DNA from: Candidatus Helarchaeota archaeon | GTDB taxonomy: Archaea > Asgardarchaeota > Lokiarchaeia > Helarchaeales > RDOG01 | Assembly: GCA_019058315.1 (NCBI GenBank) | Contig: JAHPZH010000002.1 | Location: 704,001-768,000, forward strand | DNA length: 64,000 nucleotides | Direction of reading: 5' to 3' | Shown here: piece by piece, positions 51,333 through 60,962 of the stretch | Layout of the letters: the number at the start of each line of letters is the position of its first letter | Numbering within the stretch: position 1 is the stretch's first letter | Made by a program: the position numbers and the translations under genes | The notes under the pieces: model-generated | The model's input: the letters and a program-made list of their open reading frames with translations, nothing else | Told to the model about the DNA's origin: nothing | Database searches by the model: none

Positions 51333-53009
51333 TTGAATTACAATACTGCTGATATAAAAACGATTGCGGAGCAAATAAAGTGGGCCAAAGAGGAAGGGTA
51401 TTATACATGTGTATTGATAGGTGCTGGTGTATCTGTTTCTGCAGGAATTCCAGCTTGCAAGGAATTAGTTGCTGTTATAAGAAAACAATTTCCCCATACT
51501 GCAAATTATGCCACAAAACCTAATTATTGTGAATTTATGAGTCTCCTATCTCCTTTACAGAGACGAGAATTAATAGGCTCTTTTATAGATAAAGCCAAAA
51601 TTAATGTAGCGCATTTATATCTTGGTTCACTCGTCAAAAAAGGATATGTTCATCGAATATTTACAGTTAATTTCGATCCTCTTATTATTCGAAGTTTGGC
51701 CTTATTTAATTTATATCCTGCAATTTATGATTTTGCAGCTTCCCAGGAATATGTACCTGGTGCAGCAGCTCAACTCTCTGTTTTTTATCTTCATGGACAA
51801 AGAGATGGATTTGTTTTATTTCATACCGAAGAAGAAGTGAATAAGCATTCATATAAATTACAGAATGTATTCCATGATGTTAGAAAATGTTGTTGGTTAG
51901 TTATTGGCTATTCTGGAGAACAAGATCCAGTTTTTGAAAGATTAACAGAAACTAATGTCTTTCATAATAAATTATTTTGGGTAGGATATAAGGGTGAAGA
52001 ACCTAAACCTCATGTTCTGAAAAATGTTTTAACACCCTCGAATAAATACGGATATTATGTAAATGGGTTCACCGCTGATACATTTTTTTTACAACTTGCC
52101 AGGGAATTACATTTAGAAAATCCTGAAATAATTTCAACACCTTTTTCCCATTTGAAAGAATCGATTAAATCTATTAAGGAATTTACAATTGATGAAAAAT
52201 TGGTAGATCTAACAAAAGAAACAAAAAAATGGGTTGATGCAGCAATTAGATTCTTTGAAAAAGGCGAAGATATAGAGAAAATTAAAGTTGTTAAAAAGAA
52301 ACAGCTTGAAGAAGATGAAATTATCCGTAAAATTAAAAATATTTTTGTATATGGTAAATATAATCAATTAAATAATGTTAGAGATGAAATTTTATCAAGT
52401 GATTCAAAAGAAGCTAAAGAATATCTAAGTCTTACTTTAAATAATTGGGGAAATGTTTTTTCAGAACTTGGTGAGAAAAAAAGTGGCGAAGATGCGGAGC
52501 GTTATTTAAAATTAGGTATTAAGAAATACAAACAAGCTTTAGAAATAACACCATATTTCTACCAAACGTTTATTAATTGGGGAGAAACTCTCTCAAAACT
52601 TGCTAAATTAAAAAGTGGGGAAGAGGCTGATAATATATTCAAACAAGCACTTGAAAAATTTGAACATGCCAGTAAATTTAAACCGGATAATTATCAAATA
52701 CTTACAAAATGGGGATTGGTGTTTAAAGAGTTCGCAAAGATTAAAAGCGGTGAAGAGGCACAGTATTTACTTGATAATGCTCTGAGAATTTTTGAGAAAG
52801 TGGAAAATAAATACAAAGGTATGGGGAATTATAACATCGCATGTGTCCATTCTATAAAAAGAGAAAAGGAAAAAGCCCTAGAATGGCTTGAAAAATCACT
52901 GAAAATGAAATCAGCTCCCTCAAATTTGTATATTCAAAGGGATAGTGATTTTGAAAATATTAAAGATAGTGAAGAATTTAAAAAATTGATTAATTCATAC
53001 TCAAGTTGA
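51333..53009 (+). CDS. SIR2-like domain plus TPR protein
   Basis: LIGAGVSVSAGIP, TVNFD, YLHG, IGYSG (SIR2_2 motifs); TPRs (NNWGNV, INWGET, TKWGLV); YNIAC...DSDFENI cap. Confidence 0.88.
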   Translation: MNYNTADIKTIAEQIKWAKEEGYYTCVLIGAGVSVSAGIPACKELVAVIRKQFPHTANYATKPNYCEFMSLLSPLQRRELIGSFIDKAKINVAHLYLGSLVKKGYVHRIFTVNFDPLIIRSLALFNLYPAIYDFAASQEYVPGAAAQLSVFYLHGQRDGFVLFHTEEEVNKHSYKLQNVFHDVRKCCWLVIGYSGEQDPVFERLTETNVFHNKLFWVGYKGEEPKPHVLKNVLTPSNKYGYYVNGFTADTFFLQLARELHLENPEIISTPFSHLKESIKSIKEFTIDEKLVDLTKETKKWVDAAIRFFEKGEDIEKIKVVKKKQLEEDEIIRKIKNIFVYGKYNQLNNVRDEILSSDSKEAKEYLSLTLNNWGNVFSELGEKKSGEDAERYLKLGIKKYKQALEITPYFYQTFINWGETLSKLAKLKSGEEADNIFKQALEKFEHASKFKPDNYQILTKWGLVFKEFAKIKSGEEAQYLLDNALRIFEKVENKYKGMGNYNIACVHSIKREKEKALEWLEKSLKMKSAPSNLYIQRDSDFENIKDSEEFKKLINSYSS

Positions 53010-53087
53010 AGCACACTAAGAAGAAAGTATAAAAAAATATCTTAATAGGAAAAGAAAGTAGAAAGGAAAAAAAAGATTAAAAGGATA

Positions 53088-54623
53088 TTATTTCTTTTTG
53101 ATAATTATTAAAATTAAAATTATCGTTGCTGCCACCGCTATTAGAATAATTACAATGATTAAACCTGTATCGCTCGGTTGTTGCATAGCCAATAAAGGAA
53201 TCAAATTTAATTTGCCACCGGGAGCTCCGGAAGTGGATGTGAAATTCTTGCTATACATTATTTCTGGATCACCTGAACCACCTCCCCATACACCTACCGT
53301 CCAGTCTTCCCAAATAACATGTAATGTACTATTATTATCTATGGCTAGTTTAGGGCTTAAACTTGAACCATTATTCCAATCGGTATTATCATCTGATATT
53401 ACAATTCCTTTAGTCCAGCCTGTACTAGTTCTTTCTGCATACATTATTTCATTATCAGTTCCCCACGTACCAGGTGTGTTATCAACCCAGACCACATGTA
53501 AAGTTCCATTAATACCAACAGCAATTTTGGGGCTTGTACTTGTTCCAGTATTCCATAAAGAAATGTCATCAGAAATTACTGTTGCATTGGACCAACCAGA
53601 AACTGTGAAATTTGTATACATTATTTCTGTATCCGTTCCCCATGCACCATCAGTTTCATCATGCCAAACAACATGGATTACTGAATTGTTATCAATGGCG
53701 ATATTAGGAAGCCAACTACTTCCATCATTCCATTGAGTGTTATCATCTGAAATAACAGTAGCATTAGACCACCAACCTGTAGAAGTGTTTGTATACATAA
53801 TTTCAATATCATTACCCCATTCACCATTTGTGTAATCAACCCAAGCAGCATGGACTATTCCATTCTTATCAACGGTAACAAAGGGATAATCACTTAATTC
53901 ATTATTCCATCCTGTATTATCATCAGAAATCACAGTTGCATTTGACCAAACTGATCCAGTACGGTTCGCATACATTATTTCGTAGTCTGAACCCCATTCA
54001 CCATCGGTATAATCACGCCAAATAACATGTATATTTATATTATTATCCACTGCAATGCTAGGAATCATACTACTACCATCATTCCAGCCATAAATATCTG
54101 AAATCATCGTCGCATTAGACCAACCTGAGGCAGTATGATTTGTATACATAATTTCTGCATCTGATCCCCATGGTCCAACTGTCCCATCATGCCAAACAAC
54201 ATGTAATACTCCATTTTTATCAATTGTCATGCTTGGGCTTCTAGATGGACCGTTATTCCACCCAGTGTAATCATCTGAAATTACAGTAGCATTAGACCAG
54301 CCTGAAGATGATGTATAATTTGCATACATTATTTCAGCATCAGAGCCCCATTCACCATCTGTTAAATCCTCCCATACTACATGTATTGTGCCATTTTCAT
54401 CTATAACCATATCTTGGTTGTAACTTCTATCATCATTCCATCCAGAACTACTATCTGAAATTACAATTGCTTTGGACCAGTCTGATGAAGTTAATATATA
54501 CAATTCGTTTGTAAATGAAGATATAGGACCAATTGACGAATTTGATAGTAATACACCGAATACTGAAGAAAATAATATTTGAGTTGCCATAATAAATATT
54601 TTGATCCGCTTCATAACGATCAA
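53088..54623 (-). CDS. Secreted, membrane-anchored beta-propeller (BNR/sialidase-like repeats)
   Basis: About 7 repeats of WSNATVISDD..GWNxGxS..P.IA.D....HVVWxDxTxGxWGxDxEIMY; C-terminal TM plus KKK. Confidence 0.88.
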   Translation of the reverse strand: MIVMKRIKIFIMATQILFSSVFGVLLSNSSIGPISSFTNELYILTSSDWSKAIVISDSSSGWNDDRSYNQDMVIDENGTIHVVWEDLTDGEWGSDAEIMYANYTSSSGWSNATVISDDYTGWNNGPSRSPSMTIDKNGVLHVVWHDGTVGPWGSDAEIMYTNHTASGWSNATMISDIYGWNDGSSMIPSIAVDNNINIHVIWRDYTDGEWGSDYEIMYANRTGSVWSNATVISDDNTGWNNELSDYPFVTVDKNGIVHAAWVDYTNGEWGNDIEIMYTNTSTGWWSNATVISDDNTQWNDGSSWLPNIAIDNNSVIHVVWHDETDGAWGTDTEIMYTNFTVSGWSNATVISDDISLWNTGTSTSPKIAVGINGTLHVVWVDNTPGTWGTDNEIMYAERTSTGWTKGIVISDDNTDWNNGSSLSPKLAIDNNSTLHVIWEDWTVGVWGGGSGDPEIMYSKNFTSTSGAPGGKLNLIPLLAMQQPSDTGLIIVIILIAVAATIILILIIIKKK

Positions 54624-54662
54624 ACTCCAAAATTTTTTGACTTAAAAAATTTTGAAAAATAT

Positions 54663-54700
54663 TGTAAGTTAATATAAAAATGTAAGTTAATATAAAAATG
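54663..54700. repeat. 18-bp tandem repeat TGTAAGTTAATATAAAAA x2
   Basis: Exact copies at 54663 and 54681, in the promoter region of the upstream surface-protein gene. Confidence 0.85.
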
Positions 54701-55244
54701 AGACCTCATATAAATACATGATAAAAGAAGGCAACAAATTCCCATGAATTCAAGTGTTATGTTTTTTTTACTAAAATTAATACCAATTTTACCACAAAAA
54801 TGATCAATATTTAATGAATTAGATATTGCTTATAATTAGCATAAAATTAAAAATAATTTTCATGACATGCTGCCTTTTAATATTTATTAATAAATGAAAA
54901 AATTCGTTTACTTCTTTTTATTCTGCTTAAAATTTCAATTTTTCAATTCATTTACTCTGATATATCATTAAATTTATGATTTTACAAAAAAGGTAAATAT
55001 AGATTAAAAATAATTTAATAACATTTCAATGAACTTGTCTACTATTTAAATACTATATTCTTTGAAATTATCATAAATATATCAAAATTTAAATGTGTTA
55101 AAAGTTATCTATTTGTCTATAATTATATTTAAATTTTTAAACACAAATATGTTTTAAACATAAATAGTGAAAAATCGAAAAATTTTTACATGGTTGGAAA
55201 CCTTTAAATATCGTCCTTAACTATTTCATAAAAGAGGTTATTTT

Positions 55245-56057
55245 ATGGATATGAAAGTCAACAAACAATACAAAAAATTCGATCTTCATATCCACTCTAC
55301 GTGTAGTAAACACCCGTTTTTTGGTGTCGACGGGATGTGTCCGCCAAAAGAAATAGTAAAAACGGCGATCAAGAAAGGATTAAATGGTATCGCTGTAACG
55401 GACCACGATACTGTGAGGGGAAGTCTTCTTGTAGCCAAGATTGTTAAAGATTTAAATTATAATCACGATTTTTTAGTAATTCCTGGGGCTGAACTTAGAT
55501 CTAAGCATGGTGATATTTTAGCGTTAGGAATTACAGATGAAATAAAAGGAACAAAGAGATTGCCTGCTGTTGAAGTAGTTGAGAAAGTTCAGGACCACGG
55601 GGGGCTCGCTATCAAAGCACATTTGTTCAAAACCAACTTTTTTGGTTCTAAACTAGAAAAATGTACTAAATGGATAAGAAGGATGAATGGCACTAAATTC
55701 AATGGTATTGAGACCTACAATGGGGGAAGTTCCGAAACTGCTAATAATTTAGCGGATTGTTTAGCCACAAAACATAAATATTCTAAGACTGGTGGCAGTG
55801 ACGCTCACATTTTATCCCATATCGGCAGCGGTCTTACCATGATCGATGCTGAGTTGACAGTAGATGACGTGCTTGAGGCGATAAGAAAGAAAAAAACTAA
55901 AGTCATAGGTGTGCCGTATAATTTGACTAGACCAATTAAAATCTATTTTTACAAAATGGTACAACTACTCCGGCGAACTATCGGAAAGGGTTTTAATCAT
56001 TGTCCTAGAAAAACAAATGAATTAGCTTTCAACATTTTTCATTTAGAAACAAATTAA
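55245..56057 (+). CDS. PHP-domain metal-dependent phosphoesterase
   Basis: DLHIHS, AVTDHD, GAE, AH, GGSDAH motifs. Confidence 0.93.
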   Translation: MDMKVNKQYKKFDLHIHSTCSKHPFFGVDGMCPPKEIVKTAIKKGLNGIAVTDHDTVRGSLLVAKIVKDLNYNHDFLVIPGAELRSKHGDILALGITDEIKGTKRLPAVEVVEKVQDHGGLAIKAHLFKTNFFGSKLEKCTKWIRRMNGTKFNGIETYNGGSSETANNLADCLATKHKYSKTGGSDAHILSHIGSGLTMIDAELTVDDVLEAIRKKKTKVIGVPYNLTRPIKIYFYKMVQLLRRTIGKGFNHCPRKTNELAFNIFHLETN

Positions 56058-56304
56058 AATTAATAATCAGAATTTGTAGATACTTATTTACACACCACTT
56101 TTTTTATTATTTAACTCACTTTTTCCCCTTTTTATTGTCTAATACTCTAATAACATAGATTAAAATGGAATTCTAGATTTCAAATTCATATAATTTTGAA
56201 TGCAAATTTAAACGACAAAATTATATAAAATGCAAAAGAAAAGAATCATATCGAATATAAAATAAATTAACGAATTTTAAAAATTACAAAAAAAAGGTGA
56301 GATT

Positions 56305-57393
56305 ATGGTTATTCGTGACTTTCATAAGAAACCAAAATCATTATGTCCACGTTGTGCGACACCAATGGTTGAAAATAAAGATGAAGAAGGAAATATTACG
56401 AGTAAATCTTGTCCCGCATGTAAGTTTTCCACATTAATAGGTCCAAAAAAAGCAATTAAATTCAGAGAGGATGTGGTGGAACAAAAAGTCGAAAAAGTCA
56501 AAATGTTTAATGTAATAGGTGATGCCGTACAAGTAACCCAAAAATTGGAAAGTGATAATGTAGTTCTTGTATGTGATCGCAAAGATAATATAATTTGGGT
56601 TTGGAAAGGAAAAAATACTAGCCCCCGTCTCTATTATGCTGCTGGTACTCAGGCAACAAAATTAAGAACTGCTGAAAAAATGTATGGTGCAAAGATTCAA
56701 AACATTGAAGAGGGAGAAGAACCTCTAAGTTTTTTGGATCTGGTCGGAGAAGATAAAGGAGGTTCAGAAGTACCTTCAACAATGACTGTATATAGAATAG
56801 AAGGAGGGGAATTAAAGAAAATAGATGAAGCTGTGTTTACAAGCGGTGATGCTTATATTGTGGACTTTATCAATACAATCTATGTTTGGATCGGCAAAAA
56901 TGCTTCTGTTGACGAAAAATTCACAGGTGCTCATGTTGCAACAATGATAGATGCTGTGAGAAGTGGCACTCCTAAAATCATAACTGTCGATCAAGGTTCA
57001 GAACCGTTGGATTTTAAGGCAAAAGTGGGTATCATTAAAATTGTTGAAAAGGACGTTGCAGAATCAATGTTAAGTCATTATGAAAAACCAGTTCATGAGC
57101 CTATCCTGTTCAGGGTCTCATCAGAGGAATATGAAACAATAAATGATATTCAATATATTCAAGTGCCATTGTCAAAAGATAGCCTTGATAGTGAAGATGT
57201 CTTTTTACTCGATGATAGGACTAATGATAAATGTTATATATGGGTAGGTAAAGATGCTACGGTAAAAGAAAAGGTTGTTGCAGGACAAATTTCGAGGAAA
57301 TTTGATGTTGAACGTGCTGGGGTTCAATATGAAATATTCATAGAAGAAGGAGACGAGCCAGAGGACTTTAAGAATATTCTAGGAATGGAATAA
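56305..57393 (+). CDS. Gelsolin-family actin regulator with N-terminal Zn ribbon
   Basis: CPRC/CPAC, then three gelsolin domains (IWVWKG...EGEEP; GDAYIVD..IYVWIG...QGSEP; EDVFLLD...YIWVG...EGDEP). Confidence 0.9.
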   Translation: MVIRDFHKKPKSLCPRCATPMVENKDEEGNITSKSCPACKFSTLIGPKKAIKFREDVVEQKVEKVKMFNVIGDAVQVTQKLESDNVVLVCDRKDNIIWVWKGKNTSPRLYYAAGTQATKLRTAEKMYGAKIQNIEEGEEPLSFLDLVGEDKGGSEVPSTMTVYRIEGGELKKIDEAVFTSGDAYIVDFINTIYVWIGKNASVDEKFTGAHVATMIDAVRSGTPKIITVDQGSEPLDFKAKVGIIKIVEKDVAESMLSHYEKPVHEPILFRVSSEEYETINDIQYIQVPLSKDSLDSEDVFLLDDRTNDKCYIWVGKDATVKEKVVAGQISRKFDVERAGVQYEIFIEEGDEPEDFKNILGME

Positions 57394-57449
57394 TTAGTTC
57401 TAAAAATATTTTTAATTTTATTTCTTTTTTATGAAATGAGAAAAATCTT

Positions 57450-58760
57450 TTATGTTATAGCTTTTTTAATTCTTTTAATTTTTCGTTTCTTAATTTTTTT
57501 AACTTTTTTAACTTTTTTCTTTTCTCGCCAATCTTCAGGACGCATGAATTTAGTTTCAAGTCCATGTCCCATAGAAATTATGTCTTCTTTTCTTACTTCT
57601 CGATCAAAATTTTGGTCTATATCGAAAAGTATTCCTCTTAGGCATTCATCTATTGATAAATCTAATTCTTGGTAATTAAACCTCGGACCTGGAGGATATT
57701 CATTTATGAGTTTTACCCATTTTTTTGTTACTGGGTCATATTTTGGTGGAGTTGATAATATTGTTTGACGGGGAAGTGGGATGCCTCCATTATGTACGAA
57801 TCCCCAAGCAAGTCGTTTATTAATCACTTCCCAAATTTCATAACTGTGTTTTTTCAGAGAATCTAAAATTTCCTTCTCAATATGATTGACATAAAATAAA
57901 TTATTAATAATCATTCCTGCAATTTTTTCACAAAAATCGCCTCGAGTAAGTCCGAACATGGTATTTAAAATTGGGGGCCAAGGCTCGTAACCCATTCCAG
58001 GTTCTTCTAACCCATATACAGACTTGGCAGTAACACCATCATAAATCCTCGCTATAGACTCCCAATTTGATAATTCATATGCCTCTGTAAATGTTGTATA
58101 AAAAACAGCTATGGAATATGCACTATGGGCCCATTGAGGTGTACGTTCATTTCGATAATCAAGCATAATATCTCGTAAGCGTTTAGCGCACTCGCCCCAA
58201 TCATGTATTCTCTGAGGGATTTCTTTTAATTGATAACCCAACTTCATATGACGGCGATTTAAAATATCTTGTTCGTCTTCTGTTATATACCACCAATCTG
58301 CAGGCAGCCCCTCCTCATAGTGAATGGACATAACATGAACTACTTCTCGTGTATAATCATCTAATCCCATAAATGTAATATCTGTTGAAGGTCCGTATAT
58401 CATCTTTGTAGCAAGTCTTTGTAAATCTGCCCGGATGGTTAAAACGGGTGGAAATCCGTAATATGTAATTGTTTCGTTCGGTCTTTCTAATTTTCCATCA
58501 GCATAGGCTTTTGCGACTTCGATAGCTTCTTCAAATCTAACCTCAATTATTTCTTGAGCATAAGTTGTAATATCATTTGCAAGAGCTTCATATTGTTCCC
58601 AGCTATCTAAGAATCTCAGAAATTCAATTGCGTTTCCACCGAGTGGGATATACTTTTTACTGTGCAATTCATCGGGTATATCTTTCCATACTTCTGAAAC
58701 AGAACGGAGTTTTATTTCAGATACATCAATTTCATCTGGCAAGGGTAATCCCATATTCAT
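57450..58760 (-). CDS. Hypothetical protein with Lys-rich C-terminal tail
   Basis: 436-aa globular-looking ORF; no family recognised. Confidence 0.8.
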   Translation of the reverse strand: MNMGLPLPDEIDVSEIKLRSVSEVWKDIPDELHSKKYIPLGGNAIEFLRFLDSWEQYEALANDITTYAQEIIEVRFEEAIEVAKAYADGKLERPNETITYYGFPPVLTIRADLQRLATKMIYGPSTDITFMGLDDYTREVVHVMSIHYEEGLPADWWYITEDEQDILNRRHMKLGYQLKEIPQRIHDWGECAKRLRDIMLDYRNERTPQWAHSAYSIAVFYTTFTEAYELSNWESIARIYDGVTAKSVYGLEEPGMGYEPWPPILNTMFGLTRGDFCEKIAGMIINNLFYVNHIEKEILDSLKKHSYEIWEVINKRLAWGFVHNGGIPLPRQTILSTPPKYDPVTKKWVKLINEYPPGPRFNYQELDLSIDECLRGILFDIDQNFDREVRKEDIISMGHGLETKFMRPEDWREKKKVKKVKKIKKRKIKRIKKAIT

Positions 58761-59069
58761 GGATGATTAGCTTATAATTGAATTGTAAAGGTTTTCTTAT
58801 TTAAAACTTTTCTAAAATACTAAATATTAGACAATTTGAAAATGAATAAATTTAAAATCTGATGAAATAAATTAGTTTTAACTCTAAAATTTTATTGAAC
58901 TAATAAAAGGAATCCTATTTTTAAAAGTCTTCTCGACATATCATTAAATTTTTTTTAAAACAATTAGGATCGTTAAATTATAATTTATCGCATCAATTAT
59001 TATCTATATAAATTGGAATCACTATATAATTTGTAAATGTAATATCGTTAATTCAAAATCAAACAAAAT

Positions 59070-59858
59070 TTGGAGAGAAAAATCATCGAATTGAAATATT
59101 ATCAATCAACATTTGACCTTTTAAAGCTAAAACCTAGAATTTTAGAAAGTAATGTAGATTTATTGAAAAGACAAGAGAAAAAACTTGGAAGACACATCCC
59201 CGAATCCGTTATTGAATGGTATTCACTTGAAGGATCTATTGATTTAATGAGAAAATATAGTAATGATGACTATCCAGAAGAAGTTCATTCTTTTAAAATT
59301 ATTGAAATAGAAGAGGGAGAGGTAATTTCAATAATGACAGAGAACCAAGCTGTTTGTGAATGGGTTTTAAAAATTGATGATAGTAAGGATCCTCCTGTAT
59401 TAGTGAAAGTTGATGGATCATTAGGTCATAAAGGAAAGTGGCAGATCTATTCAAACCATTTTTCAGAATTTATTTATTCAATAGTTTTTGATCATATCAA
59501 TCAATTTTATCCAACAATTACAGCTTTTAGTTGCGAAATGATGAACGAGCAAGAATATACTGATATTAAAAAAACATTTATCGAGGATTTAATTACTTAT
59601 GGATGGCCTAGCGAAATTCAACTCAGATTTTATAATAAAGAAAGAAATCAATTCATTTTGGTTTGGAATAAATATGAATGTGGAAATGATTTATGCAGTG
59701 ATTGGTTTTTCTGGGGAACTACTAAGGAAGATTTATTTAAATTATTAGAAATTGTTCTTCCCTATAAAAGAAATCTATTTGAGGGATTGGATGCATATAA
59801 AGAGGATGGAGAAGAAATATTGTCTAAATTTAAAAATAAATATCCCTCTGGCATTTAA
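59070..59858 (+). CDS. SMI1/KNR4 (SUKH) family protein
   Basis: QEKKLGRHIPESVIEWY, ENQAVCEW, DPPVLV, HFSEFI motifs. Confidence 0.8.
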   Translation: MERKIIELKYYQSTFDLLKLKPRILESNVDLLKRQEKKLGRHIPESVIEWYSLEGSIDLMRKYSNDDYPEEVHSFKIIEIEEGEVISIMTENQAVCEWVLKIDDSKDPPVLVKVDGSLGHKGKWQIYSNHFSEFIYSIVFDHINQFYPTITAFSCEMMNEQEYTDIKKTFIEDLITYGWPSEIQLRFYNKERNQFILVWNKYECGNDLCSDWFFWGTTKEDLFKLLEIVLPYKRNLFEGLDAYKEDGEEILSKFKNKYPSGI

Positions 59859-60060
59859 CCTAATATAATTTCTCTCTTTTACTTTTTGATTTATTTAATA
59901 AAATTATAGATTATAATTTGATATATCAAATATTTATAATGTCAACTAACCAAACCCTACCTTTCATAATAGGATTTGTAAAAAAAAAACAGAAGATATT
60001 TTTTTTTCTGGAGTGATAAAAAATACTTCTTTAACAAATTAATTTATTATTTATTTCTGT

Positions 60061-60564
60061 CTAATATCTCCTTTTACCGTAGGAACCTCTTCGGTCACCT
60101 TTATAAGGTCTTCGACCGCCGCCGCCGCCGCCAAATCTACTGCCACCACCACCACCACCATATCCTCCACCTGGACGATATTTTCGTGGTTGTTCATAAA
60201 CTTTGTCGGAGAGATTATTGCTTGTGTTTACTTCTTTAAGTTCTTCATCACTGATTTCTTCGAAACTTCCATATTTACCAATGTTAAGTCTTAGAGAACC
60301 TTTAAACACTGTTGTATATACGTTTGTTAACTGATAAACATGGTCAACTTCCATTTTATCGATATCATCATTCCATAGGGTCAAATAGATACTTGCAGTT
60401 TCATCACCGACTAATGCTTCAGTTACTCTTAAGGTTTCTCCGGTTTTTCTAGAAGTAACTTCTTTTTCTTCATTTTTCGAATTACATCTTATTTTTGTAT
60501 TAATACCCCTTAAACCGGGTTTTAATTCATCAACAATTTTAAATTCTTCTACAGTTTCACTCAT
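60061..60564 (-). CDS. ssb: Single-stranded DNA-binding protein (single OB fold, G/R-rich tail)
   Basis: ELKPG...LVGDETASIYLTLW...VFKGSLRLNIGKYG OB fold of the crenarchaeal SSB/hSSB1 type. Confidence 0.9.
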   Translation of the reverse strand: MSETVEEFKIVDELKPGLRGINTKIRCNSKNEEKEVTSRKTGETLRVTEALVGDETASIYLTLWNDDIDKMEVDHVYQLTNVYTTVFKGSLRLNIGKYGSFEEISDEELKEVNTSNNLSDKVYEQPRKYRPGGGYGGGGGGSRFGGGGGGRRPYKGDRRGSYGKRRY

Positions 60565-60962
60565 TTTTTATTCAACTTTAGAACATACTATGTGGTAATT
60601 CGTCTCGTAAACTAATTATGTCCTAATTCGTTATTTCGACAAATTATATTTTAGAAGTAGAAAAAACTATAAAAACTCATCAATTAAAAACTTTTCAAAG
60701 CTTTGTTATTTTTTCTATGAAGATAAGTAATTTTAGATATATATAAACTTACTTAGAGGTTTGTATACTATACTTTTACCATCCTTCCAAATTCATATTT
60801 CATGGCAAGTTTGTAATAAAATCAAAGTTGAATTGAAAAAGAATACGTTTTTAAAATTATTTTTTTCAAATTACTAAATATCAGACTATTTGAAAATGAT
60901 TAAAATTAAAATCTGATGTCATAAATTACTTTATAATTCTAGACTTTTTTGGAGCAATTAGT

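Noticed and set aside
53098-53736. 212-aa plus-strand ORF
   Set aside because: Antisense shadow of the repeat surface protein.
57436-57675. 79-aa hydrophobic plus-strand ORF after gelsolin
   Set aside because: Antisense to the Lys-rich tail of 57450-58760; the hydrophobicity comes from poly-T.
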